From the NCBI GenBank assembly GCA_040285825.1, contig JAUPSS010000003.1:3410001-3474000 (forward strand): a DNA stretch of 64,000 nt. The letters run 5' to 3'. A program made the position numbers and the translations under genes. The notes below the pieces were generated by a model. The model saw nothing but the letters and a program-made list of their open reading frames with translations, did not search any database and had not been told where the DNA came from. Position 1 is the stretch's first letter. Each line of letters begins with the position of its first letter. This stretch comes from Eukaryota sp. TZLM1-RC (Eukaryota > Protista > Metamonada: BaSk clade). Below, piece after piece: positions 31,792 through 42,406 of the stretch.

Positions 31792-32715
31792 TTAATACTC
31801 CATTTCAATCTTTGAATAGTATTTCCGACAAACAGGACAAGAATAACTACTGTGACTAAACTTTTCCAAAGAACGTAAACAATTGGAGTGAAAGAAATGA
31901 CAACACGAAAGCAAGCTCGAACTTTTTCCACTAGTGAGGGACACAAGAGAATTGTCAAGTCCTCTACAGGACAATTTGATATCACCTAAGCAAATGGGAC
32001 AAGCCTCAACAGTATCTGGAGACTGAACTGTTAATCCAAGGCGGTTAATAACTGTCTGTTTGATTGATTGCCAATCAACTTCCGTCTGATTCTCGGAGCT
32101 GTACAGTGCTCTACGCAAAAGATCTCTTTGAAGCAGAATATCTTTGTCAATACTTGAAATCATTTGATCAACTTGCATCTGAAATGACAAAATTGGTGTC
32201 AAGAATCTTGAGCAAACATCTGCCATGCTTTCATAAACGAACTGCCGTTGCTGCTTCTTTGGGAGTAACTTCACTTGATTTAAGGTCTTTCTCACCTTCC
32301 ATCTCGCAAGACAGCCTCGAATAGCTGACTGGATCTTGATAGCAGATAAAATGGAGAGATGAAGCTTGGGGTCAAAGGAGCTCAGCTTCTCCTCATAATG
32401 TTGTCTACAGAGAGGACACGTGCGAGAGCTGGAATACTGTTCAAAAAAAGCTAGACAGTGGGGATGAAAAATATGGGAACATAGAAGCAGTGTGACTTTG
32501 TTACTGGAGAACCCATCAAGACAGATACAACAAGTGGCGTTGGAAAGGCAGTTCTCTCTAATAACAGCTTGGTTTTTAGCTTTGTTCCACTTAGGATGAT
32601 GTTCCGATGGACTGTCTACTGGGATCGTCTGCTTTTTACATTTTTTATGCTTTACATTGAGGGATTTTGAGAAGGAAAGAGTAAGTGACGAAGAGAGAGA
32701 CGCAACAGATGGCAT
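31792..32715 (-). CDS. RNF32: RING-IQ-RING E3 ligase, RNF32-like (likely start MPSVAS)
   Basis: Two RING-H2 domains (CCICL..LLCSHIFHPHC..FE..CPLCR; CPICL..LLSCCHFFHSNC..CPVCR) flanking the IQ motif AIKIQSAIRG. Confidence 0.85.
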   Translation of the reverse strand: MPSVASLSSSLTLSFSKSLNVKHKKCKKQTIPVDSPSEHHPKWNKAKNQAVIRENCLSNATCCICLDGFSSNKVTLLLCSHIFHPHCLAFFEQYSSSRTCPLCRQHYEEKLSSFDPKLHLSILSAIKIQSAIRGCLARWKVRKTLNQVKLLPKKQQRQFVYESMADVCSRFLTPILSFQMQVDQMISSIDKDILLQRDLLRRALYSSENQTEVDWQSIKQTVINRLGLTVQSPDTVEACPICLGDIKLSCRGLDNSLVSLTSGKSSSLLSCCHFFHSNCLRSLEKFSHSSYSCPVCRKYYSKIEMEY

Positions 32716-32753
32716 CAAAACTTTTTTAAATATGGGGAACCCAGATACATTAT

Positions 32754-33347
32754 ATGCAGATGACATTTGTTCTACCTTCACCACACACATTTGATGGAAT
32801 GTCTTTTGCTCAGGTTCTCAACCAAAGACGTTCTAAACGGTCCTTCTGTGAACAATCTTTATCTCTATCAGAAATATCCCAACTCTGTTACTCAGCACAG
32901 GGAATTTCTAGTAACAACAAAAGAGTCTGCCCCAGCGCAGGTGCTTTATATCCACTAGAACTCTATATTGTTGTTCAAAATGTTGATGATTTGCAACCTG
33001 GGTTATACAAGTATAATCCAGGTCCCCATGAATTAAATTTACTTATCATTGGAAATTTAACACATCCCATATACAATGCTGCTTTACGACAGGAAAGTGT
33101 AATGAGTGCACCAGTGAACTTTGTGTTCTCTGCTGTTTATGATAGAATCTGCAGCAAATACGGTCACAGAGGTGAGCGATACGCACATATTGAAGTTGGA
33201 CACGCTGCACAAAATCTATGTCTTCGAGCCACTTCATTATCCCTACATACCGTATGTATAGGTGCTTTTGATGGCGAGAGGCTATCAAAGTCAATGAACT
33301 TGCCTGTGACTGAAGCTCCTCTATATATTGTTCCTGTTGGTAAATGA
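32754..33347 (+). CDS. SagB/ThcOx-family FMN nitroreductase/dehydrogenase
   Basis: RRSKRSF, PSAGALYPLELY, GLYKYNP..HEL, KYG.RGERY..IEVGHAAQNL and IGAFD. Confidence 0.93.
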   Translation: MQMTFVLPSPHTFDGMSFAQVLNQRRSKRSFCEQSLSLSEISQLCYSAQGISSNNKRVCPSAGALYPLELYIVVQNVDDLQPGLYKYNPGPHELNLLIIGNLTHPIYNAALRQESVMSAPVNFVFSAVYDRICSKYGHRGERYAHIEVGHAAQNLCLRATSLSLHTVCIGAFDGERLSKSMNLPVTEAPLYIVPVGK

Positions 33348-33689
33348 AGGCATTTTGTTTCAGATTTGATAAATGTACATAATCCATTGTTATAATTGAG
33401 AAATACCTCCCTTCACCAAACATAGGAACTTCAATGTTAGAGAACATCAATAATAATGTGAATCATAATCAATTAAATAGTAAATTGCATCAGATTAATT
33501 AGCCTTCATAGATCAATGAAAACGTGTGTTAGTCTTTACACTATTCTAGAGTGTAGATAGACTTATCTATTTGTTCTTGTTTATTAGCTTAATGTTCATT
33601 GTTTATTCATGGAGACCTCACTAGTGATGGTATTGAAATTCACTATAGCTCATATCTCGTCGTAATAAAATTACTATCTGTTCACAAAT

Positions 33690-36600
33690 ATGTCTGACTC
33701 TAGCCCACAGGCAACAATAATTATTGGCCGTTCTTCGGCTAACGAACAACAGGCTCCTCTTGATGCAGCCTCACCTCCGGGTGAAACCAACCCCAATCTC
33801 GGCCGTAGGGATTCCGCCTCCCATCTCGCCAACAATCCTCAGGACTCAGAGGGGGACCCTCTCACTCCTGCCAAGGATTCTCCTTCTCCTGAAGAAGCCA
33901 ACGTAGATACCTCGAAAGGGGATTCTACCTCCACGACTTCCAAGGAGTCGACAGATTCTTCTGGTCAAGCTCGTCCCTCCTCTACTTCTCCCAATGTATC
34001 TACTTACACTAAATCCAAGTGGCAGTATACCATGGAGAAATTCCGTAGGGATTTAGAACTATGGAACTTCCTGGATCTACTCGCCTTGAAGGTAGAACTT
34101 GCTACTCGTGCTCCCAAGGACCACTTCGAGCAGTTCATGATTCAGATGTTCCTAAACGAGTCTCCTCCTCGGATTCCTTCAGTTGAAGAAGATGGAGACC
34201 ACTTCAAGTTCTTGCTGCTACCCCAACCCTATGATCCATTGACCCATCCAGATCCGGATTGTCTCATGGATTTCTATCCATTCCGTTTGGATAGAGAATC
34301 AGCAGTCGAACCTAATCCAGGCCAAGTTTTCGCCGCTCGTAGTGCTTACGGTCAGGAGCTCTCGAGAGTGTGGAACTCGTTGGAAAACCCTCCTACTCTC
34401 AGAAGTCTCCCAGATAATCCCGAAACCACTCCCATACCTTCTCGTCAAGAGAAAGTAGCTGTTCATGGCGAGGATGAAGACGGTAACCCATGCGTTTTCT
34501 GGGTACCGAGAAGTCAAGTTCTCTCTCCTGATCCTTCCATCCCCAAACCCCTCTCTGGAGATTTGTCCGTTTCGGATCTCGACACTTCTCCTCCCATCCT
34601 TCTCCCATCTAACGCGGTGGATTTTGACTCTCTTAGCATGCCTAAAACATCCGAGTCCACCACCAAAATCAGGGACAGCCCCTCTCGTTGTTTCCCTACA
34701 ATCACTCGAAATCCCTCCAAACGCCTCTTAAATCCTTTGAGCACATTTGACCCTGAATCTTCGAATATCAATAGAATTTTTAGTCTGTCTTCCGTTTGTG
34801 CCAATAAATCAATTAATTGTCCCAAGTTTATAGAACTCTGGTTACAGATTAATAACATAGATGTATCTGGTCTCATTGATAGTGGTGCATCCATATCTGT
34901 CATCTCAAGAGACCTATCCACAAAATGCAAGATGGAACACAGCTCTGAATCTGTCAAATTCATTGGTGTTAACGGAGAACCATCAAACTCTGACGGCAAT
35001 GCCAAAGGAATCCTATCCTTCAATGTCGGTAGCATTGCCAAAGTTGTGCATCTTACCAAATCGTTACCAATCGTTCCAGGCAACAACATTCTAATTATAG
35101 GAATAGACATCCTATATGAACTCGGCCTCATGAACAACGACAGGGTATACATTCATCTCGATGAGCTTCACAGAACACTAATGTTACCTGAATCTGAGTT
35201 TGACCACAGAATTTCACAGATATCTGACTTCAAGGTGTCAAAAACATTCAAAGATCACGTCAACTCGTCAGGTTGTCAAATAAAGCTCAACAATCAATCA
35301 GAAAATCAACAGCTCCTCGCAACTCTTGAAGAGTTCAAAGATGTTTTCACGTTGAAACCCCATGAAGACGGCATCGACTGTAACCCCATGGACATCGATT
35401 TCTACGATGAAGACACTGTTGTTTATCGTCCACCTCGCAAGTTAAACCCTGAACGACTCAAAATCGCCAACCAAATCTTCGATGAGTTAATCGAATCTGG
35501 TTTCGCCACAGAATCCAACGGTAGATTCAGCTCCCCAGTCGTTCTTGTAGTTTATCCGGATCATCGGAAACCACGTCTTACAGGCGACTTCAGTGGCCCG
35601 AACGGAGTCAATGCAAACACTATCCCCATTGCTCCAAACCTTCCAAAGATCTCTGATGTATTAGAGTTCTTATCTCAAGCCAATTACATTGGAACACTTG
35701 ATCTCCCAAAAGCATTTTGGCAACTCAAGATCAACGAAAGAGACATCGAGAAAACCACCCTCAGCATTCCTGGTCGCAGTATCAGCTTCAACAGGGCATG
35801 TTTCAGTCTCAAGAACGTTCCCGCAGTGTTTCAAAATGTAATGTCCAACATCTTTAGCATCGAAGGCGTGTTTATCTACATCGACGATATCATTATCATA
35901 GGTAATACCCTTCCTCAATTCATCGACAGGCTCAAAGCCGTCCTCTTCCGCGCTAAAGACAAGCGGGTCAGCCTTGGCCTACCAAAATGCCATTTCAAGT
36001 CTAAAGATCATGAAATCAAGATTCTTGGTAGTATCTTCGTCAACGGTACACGCCAAATCGATCCCTCACGACTAACTGGACTAGTTGAGCTTCCAGCTCC
36101 CAAGACAGTGAAAGACGTCAGAAGCTTTGTAGGATCCATCAACTACATTAGAGACTGGCTGCCTTCGGTATCCGAAATCATATCACCTATCATCGAGCTT
36201 ACCAGAGGAAACCCTCGCCGTATCGAGTGGACCTCAGATCATGAACTCCGCTTCAACAAGATCAAGCAGCTCGTAAAGGAGAATATGCCATTGAGTTTAC
36301 CCCCAGCAGATAACCGTGTCCTTATCAGTTGTGACGCATCAGACATTGCTATTGGCGGCGTCATTTGGGAAGAATATGATCCTTGTGAACACAATGGCAC
36401 TCCTCTCATTGACCGTAAGGTCAGACCTATCAGTTTCTTCAGCAGGATTCTCTCCAATTCCCAAAAGAATTGGTCAACGATGCAGAAAGAGCTTTACGCT
36501 ATACTTCTCATCCTAACAGAATCATGCATCGAGAGTTACCTTAAAAGCAGGAAGCTCACGATATTCACAGATCACAGGAACCTCTCATATCTGGTAACAG

Positions 36601-36743
36601 CCCCTGATAAGAATCGAATTGTCACACGTTGGTTACCAATACTCAGTGAGTTCGACTTCAAGTTGGTACACACCAGGGGGAAGCCAACTAGTGGGCATAC
36701 TTGCTATTTAGACAGGTCCCAACGACCGATTTTGTACGCATAA
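33690..36743 (+). CDS. Gag-protease-RT-RNase H part of the polyprotein (disrupted near 36680)
   Basis: LIDSGAS, LDLPKAFWQ, YIDDIII, CDASD, KELYAI and TDHRNL. A frameshift plus stop falls where the sister element reads HTKGEENHWADMLSR. Confidence 0.93.
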   Translation: MSDSSPQATIIIGRSSANEQQAPLDAASPPGETNPNLGRRDSASHLANNPQDSEGDPLTPAKDSPSPEEANVDTSKGDSTSTTSKESTDSSGQARPSSTSPNVSTYTKSKWQYTMEKFRRDLELWNFLDLLALKVELATRAPKDHFEQFMIQMFLNESPPRIPSVEEDGDHFKFLLLPQPYDPLTHPDPDCLMDFYPFRLDRESAVEPNPGQVFAARSAYGQELSRVWNSLENPPTLRSLPDNPETTPIPSRQEKVAVHGEDEDGNPCVFWVPRSQVLSPDPSIPKPLSGDLSVSDLDTSPPILLPSNAVDFDSLSMPKTSESTTKIRDSPSRCFPTITRNPSKRLLNPLSTFDPESSNINRIFSLSSVCANKSINCPKFIELWLQINNIDVSGLIDSGASISVISRDLSTKCKMEHSSESVKFIGVNGEPSNSDGNAKGILSFNVGSIAKVVHLTKSLPIVPGNNILIIGIDILYELGLMNNDRVYIHLDELHRTLMLPESEFDHRISQISDFKVSKTFKDHVNSSGCQIKLNNQSENQQLLATLEEFKDVFTLKPHEDGIDCNPMDIDFYDEDTVVYRPPRKLNPERLKIANQIFDELIESGFATESNGRFSSPVVLVVYPDHRKPRLTGDFSGPNGVNANTIPIAPNLPKISDVLEFLSQANYIGTLDLPKAFWQLKINERDIEKTTLSIPGRSISFNRACFSLKNVPAVFQNVMSNIFSIEGVFIYIDDIIIIGNTLPQFIDRLKAVLFRAKDKRVSLGLPKCHFKSKDHEIKILGSIFVNGTRQIDPSRLTGLVELPAPKTVKDVRSFVGSINYIRDWLPSVSEIISPIIELTRGNPRRIEWTSDHELRFNKIKQLVKENMPLSLPPADNRVLISCDASDIAIGGVIWEEYDPCEHNGTPLIDRKVRPISFFSRILSNSQKNWSTMQKELYAILLILTESCIESYLKSRKLTIFTDHRNLSYLVTAPDKNRIVTRWLPILSEFDFKLVHTRGKPTSGHTCYLDRSQRPILYA

Positions 36744-36925
36744 ACACAATCAACACAGGCAACACTCGTTCATCAGCGAGCGAGACCACCTATTAACCGT
36801 TTCACCCAATCTATTATATCAGAAACTATAAGCCATTAGACGAATCTGCTCTTCCAGACCCAGACGACCTTCGGGATACCCACAAAATCCTCATTTTAAA
36901 AGAGAAATGTGCATCTGCAATCCCC

Positions 36926-38386
36926 ATGTTCGATCCTTGGTTGAGTAGAATCCGTTCAGAGCAAAGACAAGCTGTTGCAGCTCACGAACGTTCATTTAAT
37001 AACTGTTCCGTCCATCATCTTGACCTCTACGTTAACGAATCAGGCAAGATCATCATCCCGTCATCACTCATCAACGACACGCTCTTGATCATACATGGTT
37101 ATGTATCAGGCGGTCATCCTAGTATGTCTAAGAGTTTACGCAGGCTATCCTCTAGCGACTACTATTGGCCCAGTATGACTGATGATATGAAGAACCACGT
37201 GCGTTCTTGTCCATCATGTCAGAAAACGGCACCTGTCCCCAAATCTATCACTCTTTCCACCGGATCTCTCTGGGCTGACAAACCCTTCGCGAGATTGAAC
37301 GTGGATACCATTGGTCCTCTTCCTCCAGATCAGGAGGCCAATAAGTACATCTTAGTTTTCGTGGACAGTTTCACTCGGTATACAATCCTCGTGCCCCTCA
37401 AAGAATTAAACGCAAGGCTGACAGCCGACGCATTGATTTGGAGTGTGTGCGCAATCTTCGGTATACCTTACAGCATTCACAGTGACAACGGCCCAGAATT
37501 CGCCAACAACGTGTTTAAATCACTGTGCGAATTCCTGTCTATCAACGTGACGAACAGTATGCCAAATTTCAGTCAATCAAATGGCCTAGTTGAACGACGT
37601 CATAGAGTCATTTTACAAAATCTTAGGAAGCTCCTAATCGATTTTAACGCCTATGACAACTGGTCAGAATACTTACCTTACGTACAACTCTTAACGAATT
37701 CGTCTAAGAGATCTATCACAGGTTTCAGTCCATTCGAGCTTATGTTTGGGTCAGACGTCAGTCCCAGAGCTGACCCTTTATCAATTTTCTCCACCATCGA
37801 AAAGGCTACCACTGAGGTTCCTTTCATTCTGGATATCCAATCTAAATTTAATCGATTGAAAGAAAAACGAGAAAAAGCAGAAATCACCCAAACATCGAAA
37901 TCGCCGGAGGAGAAGCCAAGCACGAGTAATTTGCTATTCGAAGTTGGATGTTTAATCCTCAAATCATCTTGTAACTCCAAATTACATGGGAATTATCTGG
38001 GCCCATATTTGGTCATCGACAAACCTAGTAAATCAACTTTATTATTAAAGAATTTAATCACAGGTGTCGAATCTAAGGCTAGCATTTCACAATGCAAATT
38101 GTACCATTCTGACAAACCCACTGATGATGAGTTTCATCGTATCGTGGCCTCAGGTGATACTGAGGAACATCTTCTATTAGAAGTTCTCAGCCAGGATGGT
38201 GACGTGTGTCAAGTCGTATACGCTGGAGATGTACGAGGCACCGAGCCTGTCGACCGCATTAAGAACACCAAGGCCTACCAAGCCTTCCTCCAGACTAATA
38301 AGTCACGACCCCCCACTAGTCAACCTACTCGCAAACAACCTCGTAGAAGAGCTAGAAAAGACCGTCGAAAGGAGGGGAAGAAGTAG
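36926..38386 (+). CDS. Integrase with GPY/F motif and chromodomain-like C-terminus
   Basis: HHCC (IHG..GGHP..CPSC), NVDTIG, HSDNGPEF, NGLVERRH, YLGPY. Stop codon abuts the 3' LTR. Confidence 0.95.
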   Translation: MFDPWLSRIRSEQRQAVAAHERSFNNCSVHHLDLYVNESGKIIIPSSLINDTLLIIHGYVSGGHPSMSKSLRRLSSSDYYWPSMTDDMKNHVRSCPSCQKTAPVPKSITLSTGSLWADKPFARLNVDTIGPLPPDQEANKYILVFVDSFTRYTILVPLKELNARLTADALIWSVCAIFGIPYSIHSDNGPEFANNVFKSLCEFLSINVTNSMPNFSQSNGLVERRHRVILQNLRKLLIDFNAYDNWSEYLPYVQLLTNSSKRSITGFSPFELMFGSDVSPRADPLSIFSTIEKATTEVPFILDIQSKFNRLKEKREKAEITQTSKSPEEKPSTSNLLFEVGCLILKSSCNSKLHGNYLGPYLVIDKPSKSTLLLKNLITGVESKASISQCKLYHSDKPTDDEFHRIVASGDTEEHLLLEVLSQDGDVCQVVYAGDVRGTEPVDRIKNTKAYQAFLQTNKSRPPTSQPTRKQPRRRARKDRRKEGKK

Positions 38387-38605
38387 TGTTAGTCTTTACA
38401 CTATTCTAGAGTGTAGATAGACTTATCTATTTGTTCTTGTTTATTAGCTTAATGTTCATTGTTTATTCATGGAGACCTCACTAGTGATGGTATTGAAATT
38501 CACTATAGCTCATTTCTCGTCGTAATAAAATTACTATCTGTTCACACATATGTCTGACTCTAGCCCACAGGCAACACGTGCCTCATGATTTGATTTGCAA
38601 ATATG

Positions 38606-39510
38606 TAGGGTTGGGTATTGGGTTAACTTAGTCCGTTAACCTTCAACCAAACTAAGTTTTAGTGCACTAAAGACTGAAATTTCTTTAGTCTAGTTTTAGT
38701 GCGACTAAGACATCTCATTGTTTAGCTTTAGCACATTATTCATTCAAAACCTAAGTTAACTCGCACTACACTAAAAACAATTAAACACATAAATTTCAAG
38801 TGATCTGATACTGCTAAATTCAGGAATATGAGAAATCAGTTTCAATTTTAAAGACTATTAGTTGAAAATATACACTTTGTACCCCTTCAACTATGGAATC
38901 AGGTGATAACTTCCCAAACCCCACCAAATAACCCAAAACTGATTCACCAATCGAAGTATCGGATGATGATACAACCACGAGCACTAGTGGTACTCAGATT
39001 GAGCTGACACCGCTTTCTCCTGGACAAACCTGGTATGGCCACAAACTTTTATACGTCGCTGATGATAAAAAGTACTGCCGTCTGTGCCGCAATTCCGCTC
39101 CAATGTCAGTGAAAACCTCCCAATCGTCGCTTAAATACCATCTTGACAAGTTCCATCCTTCCTGGAGAGAGAAAACCCGCTCTGCCCAACCAATTCTTAA
39201 TTCATTTGTTCGCCGTAAATTTTTCTCCTTAGGCCTCACGTCAGATGAACGAAAAAAAGCTCGTCGTCAGTTAATAAGACTCATTATTCTTGAATGTCTT
39301 CCTTTGCGCTTTGTCGAATCACCTGAATTTCGCAGTTTAGTTAACTTCTATAATTCATCTGCTGAATCAATTTCTGGAAGAACACTAGCCAGAGAATTTG
39401 GGAAACAACATGCTCTTCTAAGAGAGTCTGTGAATAAACATTTATTAGTGCTAACATCTAAATTAGCTATAACCACTGATCTCTGGACATCTACTGATAA
39501 CACCAAAGCG
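38606..39510 (+). mobile_element. hAT transposon left half (BED finger to first catalytic Asp), truncated
   Basis: Starts TAGGGTTGGG with TTAGT/ACTAA subterminal repeats. W..CRLC..LKYHL..H BED finger; LPLRFVE..EFR; AITTDLWTS. Confidence 0.88.
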
Positions 39511-39579
39511 CAAAGGAACTTTTTTTGTCCACTGATGGGTGTAATGATTCTTTCATTCCATTAGCTCAGTCATGATACA

Positions 39580-40680
39580 AAAATCCTCTGTCTGTTGTGG
39601 CCAAGCGGGAAAATCCTGCTTTTGCAATTTTTTTGATTGATTTAAAGAAGAATTCATCTGCAGATTTGCAGAACCAAATTCCCCAGATTTATGGTTTGTT
39701 TTTAAGTGATGACCAATGGACTACTGCTATAAGAATGCGCTTTTATCTATGGTGCTGTAATTTGCCCAATGTTTTTTTGGGAAACTGTGGAGCTGGTTTG
39801 ACATTATCACATTTATTCAATTGCAACAGATTTATTTGTTATGCCCTGCTTTGATGATGTTTTGAATTTTGTTGATATTGTAACAGTAGTTGTTTGCAGG
39901 AAAAGTGCCTTGAAAAATGCACAATCCTAAGTATCCGCTCTTGATGATTCAGAATTGTATAAACAAAAGAAATATGAAAATCCTTTGAAAGAATTGAAAT
40001 ATGTTCACCACGTATATTACCCAATTTGCCCATTTGTTATATTTTTGCATGGACGACTTGGAAAAACTGCAATGAATTCTATTGATGATTTTGAAAATCT
40101 TGTAACAAGAAGAATGAATAAGCTTTTTGGTCACCATTTGTGATTGAATCGTACAGTTTTTACTATTTTCAAAGCATTTCCTAAAATGATTTCGAAAGCT
40201 CTGATGTCTGTCAGTGAACATTACAAAGACATTGCTGTTGCACGATCTGATGGTGTGGAAGCTTGTTTTGAAGATATTTATTTTTAGACTGTATTTTTTG
40301 GAATAAATTAATAATTACTACAAAAAGTTTGTCGCCGAAAACACTAAAATTGATGAATAAAAGGCAAAATTGCTTTCCTTGAATGCTGAATCCCACTCAT
40401 TATGTCCTTTGTCCATTTGCTTTTTCCTTACATGGCACGTTTGGACCACTTGCATTATCTTTTTTGGATGATTTTGTTGAAATTGTAAATCAACGTACAG
40501 GATGAATTGTTGACAAAACATTTTGGCAGAACAGAATTGTATTTTCAATTTTTTAAAGGTGATGTTCCCTTTTTGTCTTCTGCTTCATTATCTCTTGGTC
40601 GCTTTTATGAAAGAAAAACTTCCGGTTAACTCTTATTGGCTGATTTGAGGTATGCAGATTTAGAATTTTAATTTGTGTTG
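39580..40680 (+). pseudogene. Degenerate RLE family C (39580-40310) and family D (40320-40680) 3' fragments in tandem
   Basis: KRENPAFA..QIPQIYGL..DQWTTAIRMR, then CPFAFSL..WQNRIVFSIF. Confidence 0.8.
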
Positions 40681-41142
40681 TTTAGTGTCTCGGTGGAATA
40701 GATTTAATGATTTTTAAAAAAACATCTTAATGAGATAAATTTTATTAAATTATTAGTTTCGTTATAATCATTCTTTTACAAGTTAGCTCACGTCAATCAG
40801 GGTTTCGATTCTATTTTAATCAGACCCACTCAACTGTTCGCTGAGTTAAGTTCGTTAAAATGTTGTGAATTTTAAAAGCACAAGATGCTATATAATGAGG
40901 ATATACGGCAATAGCCTGCATGTTTTTGACCAACGCAATTCATGACATTCGGACAAAACACAAATACACATGACCTTAAAATGACATAACATAATGACGT
41001 GACCTTATCATCACCCCATCTCTTGTTAAGGTTGACACTTCAACAGAGTTTTGAACTGAGATTGATCAACCTGGTCACACTGCATTTGTTTGATTGTAAG
41101 TGGTGAACTGTGTGTATTTATAAGTATTTATATAAACAAATT

Positions 41143-42066
41143 TTAATCAAATTGTTCAAACTTTAACCGCATCAAATCTTCTCTTAATTTTGATATAGTT
41201 GCTTGAGAGTCACTATTAATTTCACGTTCAAGATCCAAATCACACTCCAATGCTGATATCTTGTCTTCAAGTACCCTGATTGATTGATTCAACGTACTCA
41301 TTTCACCAATCATGTGCTTCTTCTCTCTATTCATAGCTTCAACCCTACTGTTCAGTTTAGCAATGGTTTTACGGAGAGATTCAGTCTCTGCTTGCTGGGC
41401 CCGAACATCTCTTTGTTCAAGTTCATTATGGTTGGGGTGATAAAGTTCATAAGCATTGGTAGATTCGAATTTGTGAAAATTAAAGCCAAAAAATTTCAAT
41501 AGGCTGTGTGACTCTGTTTCTGAACAACTACTAGATTGCAAGAATGAAGAAAGGGTGTAAAATATTCTGTTAAATGAATGTAACTGCAAGGAATTCTTTG
41601 ATGGTGTATTTAAATGAATAGTAAACAATATAACATTGAAAGTCAAAACATTAAGAAATTTCAACACAAAAAAGGCCAAACCATGAATTTTAATAAAAGA
41701 TTCGTAATAAGATTGATGCGAAAAAATAGAAGCAGGCAGAAAGTACAGGATTTGGAGCAAACAACAGAAAGAAATATACATTTTGATGACTCTTTGCATT
41801 TTGTGATAATCACCAAAGTATCCCAAGCTCAACAACTTTGGAAGTTGTGACTGTTGAATCAAGATCAATAAGACAGAAAAGGGTAAGAGTAAGGTATGAT
41901 ACAAACCAAGACTAGGTGAATCAACATGATCTGCATACAGGAAGACAAGAACAACAGAGAGAATCCCACAAAATACCTGGAGAAGGCAGATCATTCGGAA
42001 ACACTTAGGTGGTTTCTTGTGAAGAGTGAAGGGGGTAGGAGTAGAATCGAGTAACATATCTGTCAT
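41143..42066 (-). CDS. Multi-pass membrane protein with C-terminal coiled coil, TMEM192/plant FIP1-like
   Basis: About 4 hydrophobic helices, a LGYF.DY motif, and the coiled coil ALECDLDLEREINSD. The ORF is solid; the family assignment is tentative. Confidence 0.6.
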   Translation of the reverse strand: MTDMLLDSTPTPFTLHKKPPKCFRMICLLQVFCGILSVVLVFLYADHVDSPSLGLYHTLLLPFSVLLILIQQSQLPKLLSLGYFGDYHKMQRVIKMYISFCCLLQILYFLPASIFSHQSYYESFIKIHGLAFFVLKFLNVLTFNVILFTIHLNTPSKNSLQLHSFNRIFYTLSSFLQSSSCSETESHSLLKFFGFNFHKFESTNAYELYHPNHNELEQRDVRAQQAETESLRKTIAKLNSRVEAMNREKKHMIGEMSTLNQSIRVLEDKISALECDLDLEREINSDSQATISKLREDLMRLKFEQFD

Positions 42067-42289
42067 TCTAACAGATATTATCTATGCCTATGTTGAGGGA
42101 CTGAGTATTTGGGAAATGCCATTTTTAATCCTTCATCAACTTTGGCTCTCATGGGTATTTTGGCCCGTGACGAATAGACAACTGATACCTCTTTCTTTGC
42201 CTCGGTTTTCTGAACCGTCGGAATGTATCTTCTGTTTTTTCCACTTCCTTAAATTGAAACAACAGCAACTGGTTAACCACTGACTACAA

Positions 42290-42369
42290 GGTGGCACAAG
42301 TACTCACTGTTTAGTGATGCCGGAGTTCATTGTTCCCAACTCTAGGGTATCAACTTGTGTTACCCTTTT
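42290..42369 (+). ncRNA. Candidate small structured RNA ending in oligo-U
   Basis: 12-bp terminal stem (42290-42301/42353-42364), inner 7-bp and 6-bp stems, four G-U pairs on the + strand, followed by CTTTT. Confidence 0.35.
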
Positions 42370-42406
42370 GGTGTGCCCTTGCATTTAATTCCCTCCTTTG
42401 ATTTCA

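Larger units (their letters stand above)
33527..38576 (+). mobile_element. Full-length Ty3/gypsy (chromovirus-like) LTR retrotransposon; LTRs 33527-33716 and 38387-38576; TSD CGTG
   Basis: 190-bp TG..CA LTRs with 2 mismatches. CGTG at 33523-33526 and 38577-38580. Domain order PR-RT-RH-IN. Confidence 0.98.

Noticed and set aside
32716-32790. Overlap of RNF32 and nitroreductase coding regions
   Set aside because: The ORF-track start is a non-ATG codon; the likely start at 32715 removes the overlap.
36680-36700. Programmed frameshift or readthrough between RNase H and integrase
   Set aside because: The sister element is open across this region, and the neighbouring substitutions indicate decay.
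40780-40860. tRNA-like boxes (TAGCTCA...GGTTTCGATTC)
   Set aside because: Spacing is too short and no cloverleaf forms.
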